A DNA stretch of 64,000 nucleotides from Hyaloraphidium curvatum SAG 235-1 (lineage: Eukaryota; Fungi; Monoblepharomycota). A model generated the notes under the pieces. The model was not told the origin of the DNA and ran no database searches. It saw only the letters and a program-made list of their open reading frames with translations. Every line of letters starts with the position of its first letter. Positions within the stretch are counted from its first letter, which is position 1. Of this stretch, positions 35,608-47,263 are shown piece after piece. Position numbers and translations under genes: made by a program. Location of the stretch: NCBI GenBank assembly GCA_025558095.1, contig JAIVFI010000029.1, positions 496,001-560,000 of the forward strand. The letters are read 5' to 3'.

Positions 35608-37381
35608 TTACGACTTGTGGAGGCTGCTCGACGAAACCGTCCGGTACACCGTGTCCAGGTGCTTCGATTCCTCGTCCACGAGCGCGAATTCTGGCGGGAA
35701 TGATCGAATGAGCAGACGAAGAACAAGTCCGGGCGGAAAGAAACCCACCGATCACGGCAAACACCTTGACCGTGTCCCACCACTTCTTGGCCTTGCCGTC
35801 GTTGCGCTTGGGCGGCAGGTCCTTCTTGTCCGAGCTCCCGCCGCCCGACGTCGTCCGCGAGTGCCCAAGCGACTTGCGCCGGCCGATCGAGGCCATGAAC
35901 TGCATCGTGTTGCCGCGCGCGAGGTTGGGAGGATGCCGGTGGCCGAGCAGGTACAGCGTGAGGGGTTGGCCGTTGATGTACTTGGACATGTCGACCTGAG
36001 AAGACGGAGGAGGTAGATGCCGGGGTCGGGGAGAGGCGGGGGATCGGTCAGGGCCCGCGTTGACGACAGAACGGACCCAAAACCCACCGAGATCCCCAAG
36101 TTGAGATTGTGCGTGTTCAGGTCAACGAAGCTAAAGGCATGACAGGTAATGTGAGCGACAGGGACCCCGCCGGGGGGCACCGGCGGACCCACGGAGCGTA
36201 GATCTCCATGTCGACCACACGGTCCTTCTTGAAGATCACCGAATGCCGGTTCTCCGAGTCCTTCATCCACTTGCGCCGCGCCTTGCTGTCCGACGTCGAG
36301 CATGGCGGCTCCTCGTAGCTGCTGTCGGCAAACAGCAGCCGCGTGTCCTCGACCAGGTCGATGTCCGAGTCCTTCGGGGGGACAATCCACTTGCCCAGCG
36401 TCGGGTGGGGTTCGTAGGTTTCGGCGGGGGTCATGATGCGGGAAGAGGCGGTGGGGTATGTGGGGAGGGTGCGCTGAAGCGGAGGGCCGGGATGGGGCGG
36501 TCGAGCGGCGGCGGCCTCCTTGGCGGCCGAGTCGTCGTGGTCCGGCTCGCCGTCCGCCGACGATGCTCCGGGAGGGGCAGCAGGAGGAGGGGTGACGATG
36601 ATGGCGTTCATCGAAGTTCCCAAGTTGCTGCAGAAGAATGAAGCGTATCAGACTCGAGGTGGAGCACGCCTCCAGAGTCGAAACTTGCCTGAGAACCCAG
36701 GGCACGTTGACCTCTAGATCCGATTGCAGCGAAGGGTCGATGTAATTGGCGGCTCTGAGGCCGAAACGATGAGGAAAAGCGAAAGCATGGCCCGGGAACG
36801 GACGTACTTCAGCATCAGACTGGTGCCGAACGGCGGGCTGATTTTGCGGTCAAACACGCCGCCAAAGAAGATCTCTCCCGCGTCCCAGTCCGCCTAAGAC
36901 AGCGGAAAGATGTGTAAGTTCCGGTTGCAAGAGAGACAGCGGTCGGCCGGCATGTTGGCGAACTGTCCGTCGAAACCAGGCCAACAGAGTTCCACGAGAA
37001 GGCAGCTCGGTCCAGGTCCAGACCCCAAGCAACTCCCCAACCCTTAGATACGACATTCACCTTAAACCTGCCCTGAATGGTGATCGAGAAGCGCCGGTTC
37101 CTCCCAGGCTTCTCGAAGTACGGCGTCGTCTTCTGGCAGCCGGCCTCGTCCTTGCCGATCTCCACGCCAATCTCGGTCGGGCACACGCCAACAAAGTCCT
37201 TGACTCGAACCATGATCCGGCCCTCGAATTGGTCCGAGTTGACGTAGGTGGGCCGGGCGGGGTTGTTCACGAAGGAGGGCAGCAGGTGGTCGGGGTCGGG
37301 GCCGATGGAGACGCGGAGCCGCCGTTCGACGGGCGGCGCCTCATCCTTCGCCTTCTTGCCGCCGAAGCCCAGCCACGACAT
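35608..37381 (-). CDS. DUF1769-domain fungal protein, multi-exon
   Basis: 'RLRVSIGP...VNSDQFEGRIMVRVKDF...YF...RRFSITIQGRFK', 'EIFFGGVFD', 'SKARRKW', 'DMSKYINGQPL'. Confidence 0.75.
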
Positions 37382-37834
37382 GGCGGCAATAGTTCAGGGG
37401 AGAGGGAGGTTCGGGGCGGGGACCGCGGTGACGGTGCGAGGCGACGGGGCCCGAGCACCGCAGCGGCCGGCCGCTGTTGTCTGCTCGAGCAAGTTCCGCT
37501 CGATATCAAGCCCCGAGGCCGCCTCAGGAAGAACGGCGGCCGCGGGAAGGTCCGGCGCGAGGTGGCGGTGACTCCGGCCGACGCGTTCAAGGCGCGGCGG
37601 GGAGCCCGATTCCCTCCTCGACAACGCCTTCAGCGTCCTCCTTCTTCCTCGAGCAAGCGTCCGTCTGCAACCCTTGCCCCGAAGACGACGGGATGGGGCT
37701 CGTTCCGTCAGGGCTGGTCAGGGCACAAGCGGCAGGCGGCAGGCGGCCAAGGGGCCAAGCATTCGGGTTCCCCAGGCTTTCTATTTCAACACCTCGGTTC
37801 TGATCGAGTCGCCATGCTCGCCCCATTTTCTAGA

Positions 37835-40416
37835 TCAAGTAAGCTGGTACTTGGGTCCCTCGCCTCCCTGCGGAGTCTGCATCCCAACGTTAGTCAGCGC
37901 CTGGAGCCAGCCCGACACGCGAGAGACCACGAACCGTCCACTGGATGTCCTGGTTGGGATCCTTGATATCGCACGTCTTGCAGTGCACGCAGTTGGAGAA
38001 GTTGACCTGCCACCTCTTGCCGCTAGGGTGCGTCGACTCGGGGTCGTCGACGAACTCGTAAACGCCGGCTGTAGTCACAGGGCGGGCCCATCAACAAGGC
38101 AGCCATCAAGGACCATGGGTGGGCACCTACCAGGGCAGAATCGGCCCTCAGGCCCGCCCCACTTCTCGTAGTTGTCCAGGTGCACCTTGGCATTGGTCTT
38201 CAGGTGCATCACCTGGTCGTCCTCGTGCCCCGTCCCGCTCCGAGACACCGATTCGAGGATGTCGAAGGTCACGACGCCGTCGGGCTTGGGGTAGTCGATC
38301 GGCTTGGCGTCCTTGGCCGGGATGAGCGTCGCGTGGTCCGGCTTGGGGTGCTGGAACGTGAAGGGCACGCGGCCCTTGAGGAAGTACATATCGAGCGCCG
38401 ACCACACGAAGAAACCGTAGAGGCCGAGGGGGTTGTGGAACGAAGGTTTGACGTTGCGCACCGAGTGGAGCTCCTTGTAGAGCCACGAGTCGCGGAACTT
38501 TTCGTCGTAGTTGGAGAGCACCACGGGAAGGGGGACGTCGGTGGGGGTCGACTCCGTCGAGCCGGCGGGGAAGAGGGTCTCGTACGTGGCCTCGGCAGCC
38601 AGCATGCCTGTGAATCGACCGGAAACAATGGTCAGCGGCGCACGCCGCGAACCGTCCGCCTGAGACCCACCGCTCTTCATGGCGTTATGGGTGCCCTTGA
38701 TCTTGGGCATGTTGAGGAATCCAGCCGTGTCGCCGATCAGCGCGCCGCCCGGGAAGTAGAGCTTCGGCAGGCTCTGGAGCCCGCCCTCGACGAGGGCCCT
38801 CGCGCCGTACGAGACCACCTTGCCGCCTTCCAGCATGCTGCGGATCTTGGGGTGCGACTTGAACCTCTGGAACTCCTTGTACGGGCTCATGTAGGGGTTG
38901 GTGTAGTCCAGGCCGACGACGAGGCCGATGGAGCACATGTTGTTCTCAAAGTGGTAGCACCAGGAGCCGCCGTAGGTGTGCGAGTCCAGCGGGTAGCCGG
39001 TGGTGTGCAGGACAAAGCCGAGATCGTGTTTCGCGGGGTCGAGCTCCCAAACCTGCAAATCGCGGACCAGATCAGAGACGACCGAAGACAACTCTACACT
39101 GGCGGCAACTCGCCTCCTTGATCCCGATTCCGTAGGTCTGGAACTTGCCCTCCTCACGCAACCCAAACTTGCGGATCAGCTGCTTGGTCAGGCTGCCGTG
39201 GCAGCCCTCGGCAAAGAGCGTGACCTTGGCGCGGAATTCCATGCCGCGCGCAAAGCTGTCCTTGGGCTTGCCGTCCCGGCCGATGCCAACGTCGTTGGTG
39301 GCCACGCCGATAACCGAACCGTCTTCGCCGTACAGAATCTGGAGCAAAGACATGTGAGCCAACCTGGCCACTCGGTGTGTGCTATAGAGCTCACCTCGCT
39401 GCCGGCGAACCCGGGGAAGACCTCGACGCCCACTTCCTCCGCCTTCTCTCCCAGCCACCGTACCACGTTCCCGAGCGACACAATGTAGTTCTTCCCCGCG
39501 TTGTTGAGGATCGGAGGGTGGGGTAGCGGGATGGCGTGCTTCTGGGTGAGGAACCAGAACTTGTCCTTCTTGACGAGCGTCTTGACGGGCGAGTCCATCT
39601 CGCGCCAGTCGGGAAGGAGCTCGTTCAGGGCGGTAGGCTCGATGACGGCCCCCGAGAGGATGTGGGCGCCTGGGAAATGGTCGGTTTCAGCGAGGCGACG
39701 CGAGAGGGCGCGCGAGCTTGACGCACCGAGCTCCGAGCCCTTCTCCAAGAGGACCACACGGATCTCCTTGCCGTTCTCAAAAGCGAGCTGCTTGAGCTTG
39801 ATGGCAGCGGAAAGGCCAGACTAAACACGGCAATGCGGAATCAGCGTCAGGCTCGTCCATGACCACGCGGCGACCAATCGCCCCGCAGACGGTGGCAGCG
39901 GACATCCATGAAGAAAGTCTAGCAAAAGCCGGCAGATCCAAGCTCCGTTTGTGCCGGTGCAGCCCCCAGCGGCAGGACGCCGGGATCAGATGGTTCGCCG
40001 CGTCCCCGCCCGCGACCCCCCATTTCGAGCCGCCCCACAAGTATCCTGCTGCCTGCCATCTCCAAAGTTCTACTTACCGGGCCGCCTCCGATGATCAGCA
40101 CGTCGACCTCGTCCACGAAGCGCTCCTCGTTCAGTGAGTTACTGGAGTCATCCTCCTCCTCGCCCTCCACGGCCCGCACGGTGGCCGAGGACGAGAAAGA
40201 CGCCGTCTGCGAGAGCGACGGCAGACGCGCCAGCGGCGACACGGCGGGTGCGAGGGCCGTCGGTGCCGGTGCCGGCGCCGCGGAGCAAACGCCGCGCGGC
40301 CGCATCGCCGACGCGAGGAGTGCCACGGCGGAGCGGCGTGCCGGGACCGGGCCGGCAGGCACGACGAGCAATGCACGTCGGCATGCAGCAGCGGAGAGGC
40401 GCATTGGCGCGGCCAT
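37835..40416 (-). CDS. ETFDH: Mitochondrial electron transfer flavoprotein-ubiquinone oxidoreductase
   Basis: Arg/Ala-rich presequence, 'DVLIIGGGP', 'AHILSGA', 'FAEGCHGSL', '[12 protein letters not shown]', 'RFCPAGVYE', 4Fe-4S motif '[13 protein letters not shown]', terminal 'GPKYQLT*'. Confidence 0.96.
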
Positions 40417-40579
40417 GGTGTGGCAGCTGGGAATCCGCAGAACGTCGGCAACTCGGCAAAGAGATCGGTCAAATTCCGCCCCGGCGCCTGACGCACTGCG
40501 CGCCTCAACTCGATTGAGGGTCTCGGACTTCAAGAGCGAATCTTCAATCTAATGCCAGGTGCGTCGTAGCAAACAGGCT

Positions 40580-42538
40580 CTAGAGGACTTCGATGTCGAC
40601 GTGCTTCACCTGTGTAGCGAGCGACAAGCGAGGCGTCAGGGGACTTCACAGTGGGAGCCCGACAAGTACCCACCTCTGGCGCGATATCAAAGACAATCTT
40701 CTCGAGTCTGTCGATCTCCAGTCCGACCTGCTCGAGGATGCCCCGTCCGTGCGCCTCCAGCCACTTGCTCGCGTCCGCCTCTGACTGGAGCCCCTGACCC
40801 TTCATCAGGAAGTCGAAGCTCATCCCCGCGAGCGCCTCGGGCGGCAGATCGGACGCCGCCAGGCGCTCGCGGTAGCGGCGCACCACCTGGGCGCCGTCAA
40901 AGTTGATCTCGGCCTTGAACCGCGCCCAGTTGGACCCCCGCGTGATGGACTTGACGTCGTGCACGCTCAGCACGACGGGGTCCTTCTTGAGCGCCGACAC
41001 GATGGCGTTGAGCTTCTGCGGGTTCATGCTGGTCCCGACTAGGCCGTTGACGTTCTGCCGGATCAGCCTGACGGCGACCCAGGCGAGGATGGCGCCGATG
41101 GCGATCGAACCCGCCGAGTCGTAGAACGGGTTGCCCGTGACGTGCGACAGCCCGATGCAGCTCAGCGCAATGACCACGCCGCCCAGCGCGGCCAGGTCCT
41201 CGTAGAAGACCGCGGTGGTCGTCGGGTCCACGCCCTTGGTGACGTACTCGAGGGGTTTCATGCCCTGTTCCACTGCCTTTTCCTTCACCTCGTTCCAGGC
41301 GGTGTGCAAAGAGTACGAGTCGACGGCAAAGTTGGCCGCCAGCACGCCGATGGCCGTCCCGACGGCTCCGATCGCTTCAGGGTGCATGAGGCCGTGGATC
41401 CCGTGCTGGATCGAGACGCCGCCTGAAGAAAGCGCCGGCGCGTTAGCCAAGCATGTGGGGTCATGTTCGAAAGAGACCGACCGCCAAGGAAAAAGATGCC
41501 CACGCCCGACACCAGCGCCCACGCGAACCTCTCGCTCTGGAACCCGTACGGGTGCAGCGGGTCCGGCGCCTGCATGCTCCGGTAGATCCCGTACGCGAGC
41601 AGGCACTGGTTCAGCGAATCCGCGAGCGAGTGGAGGGCCTCCGAGACCATGGAGCTCGAGCCCGAGGTGTAGGCGGTGTAGGCCTTGACGATGAACATAA
41701 CGAGGTTGCTGTGGGTACATTCGAGGGCAACCGTCAGCGGAGAGCCGACTGCCGTGATTGAATTGCCCACCCTGCCATCGCGATGGCCACGACCTTGAGC
41801 GTCGACTCCATCCCGCTCTTCTGCCCCTGTGCACTCGCCAGACGCGCCTCCTTCTTCCGCATAGACTTCCACTCTCCCAACCAGATCTGGTAGGCCTCCG
41901 GGTCCGTCGGGAGGGGCACGAACTCGGGCTCCACGTTGAGCTTGTCCTTCAGTGTAGGCTGGATGGGCCGCGAAGAGGCCGGCACGGGGGGAGGTAGGGT
42001 GCTGATGGGGAGCGGGGAGTCGGGTGCCGTAGGCGGGGCGCTTGCGCCCGATTGAAGGGGAGAAACGCGGAAGAAGCGAGTCTGGGAGACGCCGGTGGCA
42101 GCTGGGCATGTCGGCCGTCAGAAGGAGACGGAGGGTACTCAGAAGCAGTCACGCACCTCCAGCGACATCTTTCCGACGAGCCGAGCCGCGAAACGAGGTG
42201 ACGGTGACGGACTCCGGAGAAAACGCGCCTCTCGTGGGCTGAAGCAAGGCCGTTCCCCGCTGCTCCGAGACTGATTCCCGAATCCCGCCAGCCAAGTGCG
42301 CAAAACCTCGCGCGTCCGGTGAAGATGGAGCAAGAACACCATCGGCGCGTCCTCTCGCGGGCTCCGGTCCTCTGGGGCGCGCTGCCGCCGTCAAGGCGGG
42401 CAACGTCAAGCTACGCGCTCCGGGGACGGTGGCCGCCCCATTCCGCGGCAGTGGCGGGCGCGATGGTCCGGCGCTTTCCGAAAGAACGCGATAGGCAGTC
42501 CGGAGAGGCCGGAACAGCCGGATCGACGGCGCCGACAT
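40580..42538 (-). CDS. Cation diffusion facilitator, ZnT9/SLC30A9-like, probably mitochondrial
   Basis: Presequence MSAPSIRLFRPLRTAYR, 'TSGSSSMVSEALHSLAD', 'HPYGF', 'EDLAALGG', 'RFKAEINFDG', 'EIDRLE', 'VKHVDIEVL*'. Confidence 0.88.
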
Positions 42539-42675
42539 GGCCGGACCCTGATGTTTGGCTCTCGCGGAGGGCGGCCGTTGCCCGCTCCGACGTCTCCTCG
42601 ACTCTGGATCACTGGATTCGCCGAACATCATCTTTTGGCCAACTACCCACGACTTGATCCGGGCAACAAATCTGC

Positions 42676-44300
42676 TCAGACGAAAGCCTCGAACTCCTTG
42701 GTCGTCCACGGGTCCCTCTCCCTCGGCCCCACCAGCTCGATCCGAGCCGCTTCCGAGAAGATCCCCTCCAGGTCTTCGGCACAGACCGGCGTGCCACTCG
42801 AGTAGTAGCTGTAACGGTCCGTGTTCCTGTAGATCCTAACCGTCTGCAGGTCGGGCGCTTCGAACTCGTGGAAGAACTTGCGCATCCTGGAACCGCCGCC
42901 GGGAGGGGAGGGACCGAGGCCACCATGGACCTCCAGCTCGAGCGTCCGAAGGGCGGGAAACGAGCCGGTGGCGGGTTCGAAGACGCTGAGCGAACCGAGG
43001 ACGAGGCGCTCGAGGGTGGGGCCCGCCGCGTCGGCGATCCAGGGGCACGGGTTGACGACGCCCCTCCAGCTATAGCTTGACTGGTCGATGGCCAGCGCTT
43101 TGAGGCGAGGCCATTGCGGGGTCGGGAGCGAGCGCTTCTTGGCGATGACCGCGGCTTGAGCCGGTGATGGGCGGGCGCACTTGACATCCTTCGGTCCGTT
43201 CGGGCCGGCGACTTGCTGCGTGGCCACGATGCAGTGATCAGGAAGTTCGCGGTCTTCGGTGCTCAATTCGAGCGACCGAACGGAGACATCCTCTAGGTTG
43301 AAGAACGATTGGAGGATCCTGTCGAACACCCGGAGCGGTGTTTTTGCCCACATGTCCAGCTTCTTCAGAGAAAGGTGGATAGGATGAGGCGCAGTCCCAT
43401 CCTGAAGAAACTCGTTGGGTCCCAAGGGAGCTTCGAGGGCGAGAAAGTCGAGCCTGTGCCGCAGGAGGAAGGCGCTCGCCGACGAGCCCAGCCCGTCCAA
43501 ACGCGGATACGATTCCACGGACACGAGTCGCAGGCGCCTTAACTGAGGTAGCTCGACGCCGGAGTAGTTGAACGTGGTGGAAAAGCTCGTTCCCACCTGC
43601 GGCCTACAGTAAGCGGCGATCGTTTTCGAGCGCACGGGCCAAAAGCTCACGAGATTCAGTTCGACGAGGTCCTGAAGCTTGTTGAGCGACTTGCTGAGCA
43701 CCGTCTTGGTGATGAGCGAGTGCTGAATCGCGAAGGATCTGGGAAGCCGGGTCATGTGTGACACGTTAGCTGCGTGAGACGTCCGAGGAGCCTACTTGAT
43801 GGCCCCCGGCGGCACCATTTCCAGGAACTCCTTGACCGTCGAGGATCCGATCCACGCAAATCGGTCTCCCTCCCCACGCTTGAGTTTCGCCTTCATGATT
43901 TTGACCTCCGCCCAGATCCCGCCCTGTGCGCCGAGGCTGCGAAGGTGACGGCACGTCCGTAGGCTCAGCAGCGGTCCCGAAGCGGGAGCATCGAAACGAT
44001 CTTGACGAGGAGCTCGGCCGGAAGGCTCTGCAGGTTGCTCGCGTGGAGCTTCGACGTCGCGCGTTCCACCTCGGCACGCTCCAGGGCACGCCCCTCCCGG
44101 ATGGAGCTCAGCACCAGTGACTCAAGCACCTCCTTCGGAAGAGATCTCGCAGTCCGCTCGAACATGTCCGACGGCGATAGCAGCGGGACCACCTGCGACT
44201 CGGAGCTCGTGAGACGCGGGTCCCACGTCTCGGGCACGGGCAGGCCCACCTCCGCCGCGGGCGCGGCCGCCTTCTTCTTCGCCTTCGACTTCGGAGGCAT
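42676..44300 (-). CDS. F-box/LRR-like protein paralog B (1-nt frameshift at ~43970)
   Basis: 'NLQSLPAELLVKIVSMLPLRDR' F-box continues in another frame as 'LSLRTCRHL...GEGDRFAWI'. LRR-like 'LPQLRRLRL', 'FPALRTLEL'. Confidence 0.65.
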
Positions 44301-44490
44301 GGCGGCAGCCGCGATGAGGGCCCGAGGAGCAACCGCGACTTCACGGTGTTCGAGGTGTGGGATGGGCTCGCTCCCGTCAAACCGTCCGCCTCGGCATCAC
44401 GAGCTCGGGAGCTAGCATAGAACGATTCGCTGAAGAAGATCTCTTGCATAAATTACAATCATAGCCCATCGGGAAAAGAAGCTAGATTTG

Positions 44491-45884
44491 TTAGGCAACA
44501 GCCTCGAACTCCTTGCTCGTCCATGGATCCTTCTCCCTCGCCGCGCCCACGATCTCGATCTCGGCCTGTTCCGGGAAAATACCCTCGACGTGCTCGCGGA
44601 GGATCTCGTTGATCCTCGCGTAGGTGCTCCTAAAGATCCTCACAGTCTCTAGGTTCGGCGCCTCGAACGCGTGGAAGACGTTTCGTATCCGCGAGGGGGC
44701 CGGGGGCCGGAAGCCCAAGCGGCGTTCGACCTCGAGCTCGAACGTCTCGAGGGCGGGGAACGATCCTGTGATGGGCCCGGCGAAGATCGAGTCCAGGGCG
44801 AGGTGCCGCAGGGTGGCTCCCAAGGCGTCGGCGATCCAGGCGCACGACGAGTTCACGTCCCAGCCGAAGCTGTCGACCGAGAGCTTCCGTAGATGGGGCC
44901 ACCGGGGGTTCGGCATCGCGCGCATCTCATTGATGGCGGCCAAACGGGCCTTGGTGGACCGGTAGCACCTGACCTCCCGGCTTTCGAGGTCCGTATCGAA
45001 TGCGATGGTGGTGACGTCGCAGGCTGCGGGGATCGCGTCGGGACCCGCCATGCCGATGCTCCGGATGGAAAGCTCCTCCAAGTTGACGAAAGTGGCGAGA
45101 ATCTTTTCCAGCAGGCGGAGGGTTGTCTCGCCAAGGCAGTCCTCTTCAGAGCGGTATGGAACGGCAGACGCGCGTTTGAGCCCTCTTCGACGAGCTCGGT
45201 CGGTCCCAAGGGAGCATCGAGGGCGAGGAGGTCGAGCTTGTGTCGTAGGACAAAGGCGCTCGCGGAAGCGCTTAACCCGTCCATGCGCGGATTGATCTCC
45301 GAATGTAGGATCCGGAGGCACTTCAAATTGGGCAGGTCGACGCCGGAGAAGTTGAAGGAGGTGGCAAAGGTGCTGCCAACCTGCGGTCGCCGATGAGCGA
45401 AGCACGGACGTGGGTGGGTGAACAAAGTGCTCACGAGATTGAGCTCGACGAGCTCCTGAAGAACAGGGACCGCCTTGGCGAGCACCTTCTTGCTGATGAA
45501 CGAGTGTTGAATCGTGACAGATCTGCCAGCCGCGTCAAAGGATGTTTGCACACTTCGCGCATCCTCGACCCACTTCACCGCTCCCGGTGGTACAATTTCC
45601 AGGAGCTCCTTGGCCACCGACGGTCCAATCCAGGCGAATCGGTCTTCTTCTCCACGGCGCGTTGCAGAGCACGCTGCTCCCGAATGGACCTCAGCACCAG
45701 CGCCTCGAGCACATCCTTGGGCAAGGATCTGGCCGTCCGCGCGAACAAGTCCGATGGCGGGAGACTCGGGGGGACCTGCGAACCCGAAATCGCATAAGAC
45801 AAGGTCCGAGAAACGGGCAGCCCAACAAACCTCAGACGCGGCTGCTGCGGCCTGCTTGTTCGCCTCATCGTTCTCCGGCTGCAT
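44491..45884 (-). pseudogene. F-box/LRR-like protein paralog C, F-box deleted
   Basis: Collinear with paralog B ('PSDLFARTARSLPKEVLE'-like, 'DRFAWIG', 'DPWTSKEFEAV'). The segment encoding the F-box is missing at ~45655 with a frame change, and there is a further frame change at ~45150. Confidence 0.6.
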
Positions 45885-46006
45885 GATTGGGAAGACGATG
45901 AGACTCCCAGGGGGATCCTGCACTTGCGATTTGCCTGTTTGTGAGGGACTCCGCGACGCCATCACCGACACCAGTGCCCTCGCGCGCCAAACAGCGCTGG
46001 GACGCG

Positions 46007-47083
46007 ATGGCGACGCGGCGGCTGTTCGATACGCTGCCGGTTGACCGCGATGTCGTCGCCCGCGCCGTGTCGGAGAAGTGGAACGTCGCCCTGGGGGACC
46101 TCCTCAAGGCGTCCCAAAACAGCACCTTCCTGGGAACGGACGCGTCGGGCGCAAAGGTCATCGTGCGGGTTACGCCCGACAGCGAAGGCACGGAGCACCA
46201 GAGGATCGCGGACGAGCTGCACTTTATCAACTACCTGGACCGGCGCGGTCTGCGACGCGTCTGCCCGCCCGTCCCCATGCTCGGCGCGTCGGACGCGGAA
46301 ACGGGCGACGAGTCCCAGCGGTTCATCGCCAAGGTGGACAAGCTCAACATTGTCGTGTTCCAGCACGCGGCGGGGGAACTCGTGGACTTCATCTCGTGGA
46401 AATGGATCTCCGACGAGGTTCTGGCCCGCATTTGGGGGAGGTGGACCGGCGAACTGCATGCCCTGTCGCGCGCCTACGCGTCCGAGTTCCCGGCCATCAT
46501 CGCCCGCGCGAGGTCCTGGGACGAGCTGCACGATTCGATCATGCGGGGGGCCCCGCTGGCCCCCGAGGACGTAGCCCTCGCCGCGGACCAGCGCCACTTC
46601 GGCCTCCTGCACGGAGACATCAACATCTCCAACTTCTTCTACATCGCACCGTCGGCGGACGATCCCCGCGGCACGCTGCACGTCTTTGACTGGGATCAAA
46701 TCCAGCGCGGGTGGTTCCTCTACGACCTGGTGATGTGCGTCTACTTCCCGTACATGCTGAGCCGCGCGGGCAAGTTCCTCGACGGGAGCGTCGCCCCGAG
46801 CCGCGAGGCAGCCGAGCGCTTCATGGACTGGGTCGTCGCCGGGTACGAGCAGGGCCTGGACGAGTCGTTGCCTGACGAGGCCCCGCACCGCGTTGACCGG
46901 GCGGCGCTGGACCGGATGATCGAGCTCCGGAAGCTGTTCTACGAGCGTTTCTGCCGCAGGGCGATCGTGGAGCTGGATGAGGACGAGGCCAAGGGCGCGG
47001 ATCCCAAGCCGGCGATGAGGGTTTTCATGACCTGGGTGGTGGACTGGCTTGACCGCGAGGCCAGGGGGGAGATTCCGAAATGA
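46007..47083 (+). CDS. Aminoglycoside phosphotransferase / type II homoserine kinase-like (APH superfamily) enzyme, intronless
   Basis: 'VIVRVT', 'DELHFINYL', 'GELHA', Brenner motif 'LLHGDINISNFF', 'VFDWD...GWFLYDL'. Confidence 0.8.
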   Translation: MATRRLFDTLPVDRDVVARAVSEKWNVALGDLLKASQNSTFLGTDASGAKVIVRVTPDSEGTEHQRIADELHFINYLDRRGLRRVCPPVPMLGASDAETGDESQRFIAKVDKLNIVVFQHAAGELVDFISWKWISDEVLARIWGRWTGELHALSRAYASEFPAIIARARSWDELHDSIMRGAPLAPEDVALAADQRHFGLLHGDINISNFFYIAPSADDPRGTLHVFDWDQIQRGWFLYDLVMCVYFPYMLSRAGKFLDGSVAPSREAAERFMDWVVAGYEQGLDESLPDEAPHRVDRAALDRMIELRKLFYERFCRRAIVELDEDEAKGADPKPAMRVFMTWVVDWLDREARGEIPK

Positions 47084-47263
47084 TTAGCTGGGAGGCAGGA
47101 TCGTCGCCTTCTAGGCAGAAATGTGATTCGATGGATAATTTGGACAGCAGCGCTGGACATCGTAGGGCCCTGCGCGATGCTGTGTTTGTGGCTTCCGCTG
47201 AACCGCGCACAGTCACCCATCGGCGAGCAACGCAACCACACCTCCTCGCGGTCGACCACCGAA

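Noticed and set aside
43965-43970. TGC-TGA as a possible selenocysteine codon, since some early-diverging fungi use Sec
   Set aside because: Paralog alignment shows a 1-nt frameshift rather than in-frame read-through. No SECIS was identified.
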